From contig CAZMSF010000001.1 of NCBI GenBank assembly GCA_964568885.1, positions 5,217 to 69,216 of the forward strand: a stretch of DNA of 64,000 nucleotides, given 5' to 3'. Shown one piece after another: positions 57,657 to 64,000 of the stretch; the first letter of the stretch is position 1; every line of letters begins with the position of its first letter. The stretch is from an uncultured Gammaproteobacteria bacterium (GTDB lineage Bacteria; Patescibacteriota; Microgenomatia; Levybacterales; GWA1-39-11). The position numbers and the translations under genes were made by a program. A model generated the notes under the pieces. That model ran no database searches. It was not told the DNA's origin and worked only from the letters and a program-made list of their open reading frames with translations.

Positions 57657-57742
57657 TTCGGGGTGTAAGCCTCGCTTTAATAATAATATAAATAAAGCTC
57701 GGCTTGGCTCCCCGAAAAATGTAGTACATTTTTCGGGGTGTA
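57657..57742 (+). repeat. Duplicated tRNA-Pro 5' end with extended AAGC..GCTTG hairpin and inverted copy
   Basis: TTCGGGGTGTA at 57657 and 57732; CCCCGAAAAATG/CATTTTTCGGGG. Confidence 0.8.
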
Positions 57743-57808
57743 GCTCAGTTGGATTAGAGCGCGCGCTTTGGGAGCGTGAGGTCGGAGGTTCAAGTCCTCT
57801 CACCCCGA
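57734..57808 (+). tRNA. tRNA-Pro(TGG)
   Basis: CGGGGTGTAGCTCAG...CGCGC-TTTGGGA-GCGTG...GGTTCAAGTCC...CACCCCGA. Confidence 0.95.
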
Positions 57809-57884
57809 CAAAATTCAGAATCTCCGACAGGTCGGATTGTGCAAGCACAGTTTCACTGCCAAGTCCTCTCACCCCGACAAAATT
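57791..57884 (+). repeat. 25-bp duplication of tRNA-Pro 3' end with twin-hairpin spacer
   Basis: CAAGTCCTCTCACCCCGACAAAATT at 57791 and 57860. Confidence 0.9.
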
Positions 57885-57920
57885 TTTCTACCGAGAATTT
57901 TGCCTTTCAAAACTAACCTA

Positions 57921-58409
57921 CTAGAATATTAATAAAAACTTTTTCTCTCCAACAGATAGGGGGTACCCCTCAAATTTAGGGTAGTCTGATCCATCAACAA
58001 CCCCCTGAACTTCAAGACCTAATGCAGCTGCCGAACGCACATACGAACTTACGCTCAAACCGAGGCTATTAGAAGCAGCTTCAACAGCATTATATTCTAC
58101 GAAAGGCAATAGTAAATTGAAGCGAGATCTAGGCTCAGGTTTTCCGAATTTTCCTAATAGACCGGTGGTATCTATAACTACATCGCCGGCTCTTAAAGTG
58201 GTGTCCTTACCGTCTCTGGCCTCCTCTGCCGTCTGTTTATCAACCATTTCTTTCATTTTTAAATATGAACGTAAAAGTGAAATTGTAGTTGAAGAATTTT
58301 GCTGCGCTTTTCCATTCAAGGCATCCAACATTTGAGGACTAAAAACAATATTTACTCTTTTAACATATTGTTCTGCAGCTTGAATATGCCCTTCAGAGTC
58401 ATGTCTCAT
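57921..58409 (-). CDS. Hypothetical protein, possibly tandem ribbon-helix-helix
   Basis: RVNIVFS..LDAL..A.. and RFNLLL....VE.A...GLSVSSYVR.A repeats. Confidence 0.55.
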   Translation of the reverse strand: MRHDSEGHIQAAEQYVKRVNIVFSPQMLDALNGKAQQNSSTTISLLRSYLKMKEMVDKQTAEEARDGKDTTLRAGDVVIDTTGLLGKFGKPEPRSRFNLLLPFVEYNAVEAASNSLGLSVSSYVRSAAALGLEVQGVVDGSDYPKFEGYPLSVGEKKFLLIF

Positions 58410-58529
58410 AGTATGCATTATATAAAGAAAAAAATTAATGTCAATTCAGAGCAATTTTGCTACTACTTGACACAGTTTAAAAAAAGTGACTAAACTGATA
58501 GTTGATAGCAACGAAAGGAGGTGATAGAT

Positions 58530-58748
58530 ATGAAGAAACTTCCTATGATTGCATGGTGGCTCGCCATAATCGGCGCCCTGAACTGGCTTTTAGTTGGACT
58601 TGGTTCAGCTATGGGCAATACGAATTGGAACGTAGTAAAACTTATCCTTGGTAGTTGGCCCGGACTTGAGAATTTAGTATATATTCTCGTCGGACTTTCA
58701 GGTCTTTGGCTACTTTGGAATGAGCTTATGGGCTCAAAAAAGAAATAA
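58530..58748 (+). CDS. DUF378 family membrane protein
   Basis: L.IIGALNW.L.G, VYILVGLS; strong SD. Confidence 0.9.
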   Translation: MKKLPMIAWWLAIIGALNWLLVGLGSAMGNTNWNVVKLILGSWPGLENLVYILVGLSGLWLLWNELMGSKKK

Positions 58749-58904
58749 CTACTGCCCGCAGATATTATTGACGCCCTATCCTAGGCCTAAAGTTCATTAT
58801 TTCATTTGTTTCTTTTGGAGGATAAGGCAAGCAATAAATATAGAGGTATTATTCGCCTGAACAGGTTGTTTAGGGTTTTTTGCTTTGATATAATACCTCT
58901 ATTC

Positions 58905-58975
58905 GCGGGATTAGTTTACCGGTAAAACATCAGATTTCCAATCTGAGGTAACGAGTTCGATTCTCGTATCCCGCT
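58905..58975 (+). tRNA. tRNA-Gly(TCC)
   Basis: GCGGGAT...TCAGA-TTTCCAA-TCTGA...GTTCGATTC...ATCCCGCT. Confidence 0.95.
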
Positions 58976-58979
58976 CATA

Positions 58980-59609
58980 ATGAGCAAAGCTAAAGCTCCT
59001 CAGTCCTCCAAAGAAATTGCCAATTTTCTTTTTGAGGTCGGAATATTATCAAAAACCCCGAGAAGTGGATTTTATTTTCTTGGAAGCGGCGAACAGAGCG
59101 TAGCAGAACATATTCACAGGACAGTCTATATAGGATTTGTCTTGGCCTCGATGTCAAAGGGTGTTGACGTACTGAAGGTTCTTAAAATGTGTCTTTTTCA
59201 CGACTTGGCTGAAGCACGGACAAGTGACCTTAATTACGTTCACCAGAAATATGCAGCTTCAGATGAGGAAAGCGCAATTCACGATCTTACTTCAACCCTT
59301 CCCTTCGGAGACGACATGTTAGAAACACTTGAAGAATTTCAAAAAAGGGAAAGTGCGGAGGCTATTCTTGCGAAAGATTCGGACAACATCGAGTGGATAC
59401 TTTCACTTCGGGAAGAGGAAGATACCGGAAATTCACGGGCTGCCTCATGGATACCCTCGGCAGTAAAAAGGCTGAAAACTGACGCCGCGAAAGAATTGGC
59501 TACGCAAATACTGAGCACGAAATCTGACGAATGGTGGTTTTCCGACAAAGACAATGACTGGTGGGTAAACCGTGCCCAAACGAAAAAAATTACAAGCAAA
59601 AGGTACTAA
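58980..59609 (+). CDS. HD-domain hydrolase (YfbR/HDDC2-like)
   Basis: R.G, SVAEH, HD..E.R..D, D.D. Confidence 0.85.
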   Translation: MSKAKAPQSSKEIANFLFEVGILSKTPRSGFYFLGSGEQSVAEHIHRTVYIGFVLASMSKGVDVLKVLKMCLFHDLAEARTSDLNYVHQKYAASDEESAIHDLTSTLPFGDDMLETLEEFQKRESAEAILAKDSDNIEWILSLREEEDTGNSRAASWIPSAVKRLKTDAAKELATQILSTKSDEWWFSDKDNDWWVNRAQTKKITSKRY

Positions 59610-59654
59610 CGAAGTCTCTTGTAATGCCATTTTAGTTTGCATACAATAGGACAC

Positions 59655-61106
59655 ATGGAAGGGTCTTCCCAAACACGCAATATCCCGACAGTATTCATCG
59701 TTTTCGGAGCAACGGGAGACTTGATGGCAAAGAAAATCGCCCCTGCCCTCTTCAGCCTTTATCTTGGCGGCAAATTTCCGAAACTTTTTAAAATAATCGG
59801 AGTCTCCAGACGCCAAATCGATGCGAGGGCGTTTCAAGAACATGTAAAAAACATTCTTTCCAATTCCCTTTCCAAAAAAGCTAAAAGTGAAGACATTGAA
59901 TCGTTCCTTAATTTTTTTATGTACCAACAGGGCGACTTTGAGCAAGTTGATTTATACAATACGCTCGCTTCCGACTTGGGACGCATCGATGGAGAATGGA
60001 AAGCGTGCTCGAATAAACTCTTTTACCTGGCAGTACCACCGAAAAATTACCGCTCAATTTTTGAACATCTCAAAACTTCCGGTCTTACTATTCCTTGCGG
60101 TCCGGACGAAGGCTGGACTCGGGTTATTGTTGAAAAGCCTTTCGGCAAGAACGCACAAAGCGCACAAGATTTGGATATTACTCTTGGAAATTTGTTCCGT
60201 GAAGAACAGATATTCCGGATTGACCACTACCTTGGAAAGGACATACTGCAAAACATTCTTTCTTTCAGATTCAATAACGACCTGTTTGAGGACTCCTGGA
60301 ACCGTGACCAAATAGAGAGGATAGATATTAAGTTCTTGGAAAGCGAAGGAATTGAGGGGAGGTCAACTTTTTACGACGGCGTCGGGGCTTTAAGAGACGT
60401 AGGTCAAAATCATATGCTTCAGATGCTGGCATTTGTGACCATGGAAAAACCCTGGAGCTATACGGCGGAGGATGTAAGAAACCAAAGAGTTGAAATATTA
60501 CAGAAATTAAAACCTTTATCCGAAGAGCAAATAGAAAAAATGACCTTTAGAGGTCAATACGCCGGATATAAAAAGACCGAGGGTGTCGATAATATATCTA
60601 CTACCGAAACCTACTTCAAAGTCGTTGCATATCTTAATGGTGAACGATGGGAAGGGGTACCTATTGTTCTTGAGGCAGGAAAGGCCGTCTCTCAAAAAAA
60701 GGAAATAATCGTCACTTTCAAACACAAAGAGCCATGTTTATGTCCTCCAGGCACTCACTACAAAAATAGAATTCTTTTTACCTTAGAACCCAAAGAAGGT
60801 ATAACAATAGAATTCTGGTCCAAAAAACCCGGTCTAGAGTTCTCAATGGAACGGCAAAAACTTGCATTTCTTTTCCGGGACCAGAGAAAACGGGTTCAGT
60901 ACGTTGAAGAGTACGAAAAGCTGTTGCTTGATTGTATCTCGGGAAACCAGCTTCTTTTTGTCTCAACGGAAGAGGTACAGGCGATGTGGAATTTCATAGA
61001 CCCTATCGTAAGCTCGTGGGAGCATAACCGCGTTCCTCTTATTGAATATCCCAAGAGAAACGCTAAAATATTACAGGAGTCGATGGTTGTAGAAAAATCT
61101 TTATGA
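59655..61106 (+). CDS. zwf: Glucose-6-phosphate 1-dehydrogenase
   Basis: GATGDL, EKPFG, RIDHYLGK, QNH. Confidence 0.95.
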   Translation: MEGSSQTRNIPTVFIVFGATGDLMAKKIAPALFSLYLGGKFPKLFKIIGVSRRQIDARAFQEHVKNILSNSLSKKAKSEDIESFLNFFMYQQGDFEQVDLYNTLASDLGRIDGEWKACSNKLFYLAVPPKNYRSIFEHLKTSGLTIPCGPDEGWTRVIVEKPFGKNAQSAQDLDITLGNLFREEQIFRIDHYLGKDILQNILSFRFNNDLFEDSWNRDQIERIDIKFLESEGIEGRSTFYDGVGALRDVGQNHMLQMLAFVTMEKPWSYTAEDVRNQRVEILQKLKPLSEEQIEKMTFRGQYAGYKKTEGVDNISTTETYFKVVAYLNGERWEGVPIVLEAGKAVSQKKEIIVTFKHKEPCLCPPGTHYKNRILFTLEPKEGITIEFWSKKPGLEFSMERQKLAFLFRDQRKRVQYVEEYEKLLLDCISGNQLLFVSTEEVQAMWNFIDPIVSSWEHNRVPLIEYPKRNAKILQESMVVEKSL

Positions 61107-62032
61107 GTATGAAAAAAGTCGTAGGAATTATAGGTCTTGGCCGCATGGGCGGCGGGCTCGCACAAAATCTTTTGGACAGCAAATGGAAAGTCGTAGGCTA
61201 CAACCGCACAGAAGCGGTAACCCGCGAACTTGAAAAGGTAGGGCTTATCGGAACATATTCCTATAATGACCTCGTTGCACTCCTCCCACAACCCCGCGTT
61301 GTTGTTCTTATGCTGACGGCAGACGGTGCCAATGACGAGGTCCTTTTCGGAAGAAATGGTCTTTCTGACCTTCTTGAAAAGGGAGACATCGTAATAGATG
61401 GAGGCAATTCATACTACAAACTCGCGGTTGAACGGGGTAAGAAACTAGCCAAAAAGGGCATCAAATTCGTTGACGCAGGAATTTCGGGTGGACCGGGTGG
61501 AGCCCGCAATGGGGCATGCTGCATGGTCGGTGGCGATTCTGAAACTTTTGGGTATATTGAGAATTTATTTAAAGATGTTTCTATTCCTGACGGGTATATG
61601 CATTTTGAGGGTATTGGGGCCGGGCACTTCGTCAAAATGGTACATAATGGCATCGAATACGGCATGATGCAGTCAATTGCAGAAGGATTTGAAATTATGA
61701 AAAAATCCCCGTTCAACCTAAATCTTATTGATGTTGCTGAAATTTACCAGCATGGAAGTGTTGTGACGTCACGTCTTGTGGGATGGCTCCAAGATGCGTT
61801 AAAGGCCTACGGGCAGGATTTGGAAGAGGTTTCAGGCTCTGTGGGGTACACCGGTGAGGGAGAATGGACGGCAAAGACTGCACATGAATTCAAAGTTCCT
61901 GCCGAAATCATAGAAAAAAGCTTTGAATTCAGGGTTAAATCACAAAAAAAACCAAGCTATACGGGCAGACTTTTGACAGGTATGAGAAATATGTTCGGTC
62001 ACCACTCTATCGAAAAGGGTAAAATGACTTAG
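61103..62032 (+). CDS. gnd: 6-phosphogluconate dehydrogenase, short (YqeC-type) form
   Basis: GLGRMG, DGGNS, SGG, GAGHFVKMVHNGIEYG, RN.FG.H. Confidence 0.95.
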   Translation: MSMKKVVGIIGLGRMGGGLAQNLLDSKWKVVGYNRTEAVTRELEKVGLIGTYSYNDLVALLPQPRVVVLMLTADGANDEVLFGRNGLSDLLEKGDIVIDGGNSYYKLAVERGKKLAKKGIKFVDAGISGGPGGARNGACCMVGGDSETFGYIENLFKDVSIPDGYMHFEGIGAGHFVKMVHNGIEYGMMQSIAEGFEIMKKSPFNLNLIDVAEIYQHGSVVTSRLVGWLQDALKAYGQDLEEVSGSVGYTGEGEWTAKTAHEFKVPAEIIEKSFEFRVKSQKKPSYTGRLLTGMRNMFGHHSIEKGKMT

Positions 62033-62046
62033 AACGATTGCATCAC

Positions 62047-62691
62047 ATGACCGCTGTAATTTTTGACATGAACGGCGTCATAATAGACGACGAGCGCATC
62101 CATCAACAATCCTGGAAAGTTTACTGCAAGAATCACGGTTTCCATATAACAGAAGAAGAATTCAAGAAGAAAGTGTTCGGAAGAACAGAGAAGGATACCT
62201 TTGAATATCTCTACAATCGAAAGATTTCAAAAAAAGAGCTGGAAGAATTTTCAAATGAGCGGGTTGATACTGCTATTGAAATATTTAAACCTGTAATGAA
62301 GATGACTCCGGGTTTAAAAAAGCTACTCAAACTGCTTTCGGACAACAATATTCCTATGGCTGTTGCTACTAGCTCACGGCCACGGTATGTCCATTTTATT
62401 ATGGAATCTTTTAATATACGCCCTTTTTTCAAGGTAATTTTAACAGCCGAGGATATAGTTAAAGGAAAGCCTGACCCCGAAATATATCAAAAGTCGGCGG
62501 AAAAGTTGGGAGTTTCTCCTCATGAATGTGTTGTTATCGAAGATACTTTGTCGGGAATTACCTCGGCAAAAGCTGCAGAGATGAAGGTCATCGGCATAGC
62601 CACTACTCACTCCAAAGAAGAGTTAAAGAGTGCTAACAAGGTTGTGGATTCATTTAATGAAATTACGCTGAGCTTTTTGAATTTTCTATAG
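62047..62691 (+). CDS. HAD-family phosphatase (beta-PGM/CbbY-like)
   Basis: FDMNGV, ATSS, KPDPEIY, ED...G. Confidence 0.85.
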   Translation: MTAVIFDMNGVIIDDERIHQQSWKVYCKNHGFHITEEEFKKKVFGRTEKDTFEYLYNRKISKKELEEFSNERVDTAIEIFKPVMKMTPGLKKLLKLLSDNNIPMAVATSSRPRYVHFIMESFNIRPFFKVILTAEDIVKGKPDPEIYQKSAEKLGVSPHECVVIEDTLSGITSAKAAEMKVIGIATTHSKEELKSANKVVDSFNEITLSFLNFL

Positions 62692-62699
62692 AGAATTCT

Positions 62700-63245
62700 T
62701 TACTGAGTTGGCGAAAGCAGTGCCCAATTATGTGAAACTTCGGGCACACTGCACATATTGCGGTTAAAACAACACGGTCTTCTCATTCCGCGGTTAAGCT
62801 TATCAAGCATAACGTCCAAATGTTTTTTGCGGGTTTCTTCGCTCTTTACTGCTCTCACCCACCGTATCCAGTCCCATCGTGCACTAGGCGTTATATCATC
62901 CCAAATTTCTTTCGCCTTTGAAGATGACTTTAAAGCTTTTTCAACATCCCCGGGAACGTCCGGCTCTACCCATTCTTTGGTCGGTTCGAGCTCTATATTT
63001 ACAATGTCTCCCACTTTAATATTCGCTTGTTCCAGTAATTTATCCGAGGGTCTGAACCAGTGGCTCGGTTTTTTTCCGCTTCCATATACCCCGTCCGGCT
63101 CAAGGAGAGCTTTGAATGGGATATTATTAATCGTTCCTGCGACCATCAACATGCTGCGAGTGGGAAGCTTTGCACTTTCACCGGGAGGAAGATGGAGAAT
63201 TGTCCAATCATTAATTTCAAATAATTTTGTTTTGAAATGTATCAT
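62700..63245 (-). CDS. DUF1905 + YdeI/OmdA domain protein
   Basis: V.GTIN..F, P.D...AL, WI.W....K..ETR, RRPCCF. Confidence 0.8.
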   Translation of the reverse strand: MIHFKTKLFEINDWTILHLPPGESAKLPTRSMLMVAGTINNIPFKALLEPDGVYGSGKKPSHWFRPSDKLLEQANIKVGDIVNIELEPTKEWVEPDVPGDVEKALKSSSKAKEIWDDITPSARWDWIRWVRAVKSEETRKKHLDVMLDKLNRGMRRPCCFNRNMCSVPEVSHNWALLSPTQ

Positions 63246-63314
63246 GTGTGTCGTACGGACCTATTATAGCAATTTACCCCGAAAAGATAGTGCGCCATCT
63301 TCCACTTTGAAAAA

Positions 63315-63698
63315 CTATTTATTAGAAGAAAATTCAATTATCCATTCTATGCCGTATTTATCTCTAAACATACCCATATATGACCCCATGCCATCGTTCA
63401 TAGGCACTTCTACGCTGCCTCCGGACGATAGGCCGTTAAATATTTTTTCTGCTTCTTCTTTACTCTCCGTACTAACTGCAATTTTACTTCTGTTCTCATT
63501 CTCATTTACTTGTCCCATTCCTTCCGGAACATTATTTGCGATCAGCATATTCTCCTTGCCAATAGGTAACTTAATGAACATCATCTCGCCGTTATCATTT
63601 AGTACTTTTCTGATATCTCCACCGAAAACCGATTGATAAAAATCAAATGCTTCTTCTGCATTCCCGTTAAAGTTAATCCAAGGATTTATTGTAACCAT
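63315..63698 (-). CDS. VOC/PhnB family protein
   Basis: P.I.F.GNAEEA..FY..VFGG, L..GG.V..P, D.YGI.W. Confidence 0.85.
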   Translation of the reverse strand: MVTINPWINFNGNAEEAFDFYQSVFGGDIRKVLNDNGEMMFIKLPIGKENMLIANNVPEGMGQVNENENRSKIAVSTESKEEAEKIFNGLSSGGSVEVPMNDGMGSYMGMFRDKYGIEWIIEFSSNK

Positions 63699-63722
63699 AG
63701 TTTAATAATGACAAATTTTATG

Positions 63723-63795
63723 GGTGGAAGACGGGTGCCGCCCCCGCGACCTCAGGTTCCACAAACCTGCGCTCTACTGTTGAGCTACATCCACC
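63723..63795 (-). tRNA. tRNA-His(GTG)
   Basis: G-1/C73, CAGGT-TTGTGGA-ACCTG; atypical T-loop GGCGGCA. Confidence 0.85.
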
Positions 63796-63853
63796 GAAAA
63801 ATGAAATTTTTTGGTGGCATGCAAGACAAATTTTAATTTGGCTTACATCCACC
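63786..63853 (-). repeat. Duplicated tRNA-His 5' end with GTAAGC hairpin and inverted copy
   Basis: GGTGGATGTA twice; CCACCAAAAAAT/ATTTTTCGGTGG. Confidence 0.8.
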
Positions 63854-63867
63854 TAATCAATTTCTTG

Positions 63868-63940
63868 CGCCCTCGAAGGGACTCGAACCCCCAACCTAAT
63901 CGTTAGAACCGATGTGCTCTATCCATTGAGCTACGAGGGC
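63868..63940 (-). tRNA. tRNA-Arg(TCT)
   Basis: GCCCTCGTAGCTCAATGGATAGAGC-ATCG..TTCTAA..CGAT...GGTTCGAGTCC...GAGGGCG. Confidence 0.95.
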
Positions 63941-63982
63941 AACTCTTTTGAATGCCCTTGCAAGCTTTTGCTTACGAGGGCA
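63932..63982 (-). repeat. Duplicated tRNA-Arg 5' end with GTAAGCAAAAGCTTGC hairpin
   Basis: TGCCCTCGTA-AGCAAAAGCTTGC-AAGGGCA-N11-TGCCCTCGTAG. Confidence 0.9.
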
Positions 63983-64000
63983 TACTCGTCCCATCAGTTT

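Noticed and set aside
54129-57884. tRNA 3'-end duplications as prophage/island att sites
   Set aside because: Spacers are under 100 bp and no integrase or phage genes occur in the window.
62758-63636. 292-aa plus-strand ORF and other overlapping ORFs in the track
   Set aside because: They are antisense shadows of recognisable genes (here YdeI-like and VOC) with no motifs or start signals.

Overview
A gene-dense, AT-rich bacterial chromosome segment using genetic code 11. Gene content and style suggest Patescibacteria/CPR, probably Microgenomates (inference): CCA-less tRNAs, many promoter-to-ATG leaderless genes, zwf-gnd without pgl, and an RnfD-FNR fusion. It holds about 65 CDS and 7 tRNAs (Gln, Leu, Ala, Pro, Gly, His, Arg). 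Main loci are cell-wall genes (PBP, alr, murF-like, dac), obg, rarA and msrB; a two-component system with a MacAB-type exporter and a flavinylation/RnfD-FNR module sharing one promoter motif; a stress-gene cluster; and a ~14 kb glycan-synthesis operon ending in an LASTG-tagged protein plus sortase. No integrase, transposase, rRNA or CRISPR array was seen. The most unusual signal is a dispersed micro-element at 8 sites, all at tRNA 5' ends or CDS stop codons, with the architecture [copy of gene end]-GTAAGC(NNA)GCTTGC-[inverted copy]-[real gene end], usually at a GTAG target. Related hairpin-filled duplications occur at tRNA 3' ends. This suggests an undescribed ssDNA-hairpin (REP-like) insertion/duplication process. 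An unannotated 58-aa CC1/DUF5679-like protein with an upstream operator array was also found.
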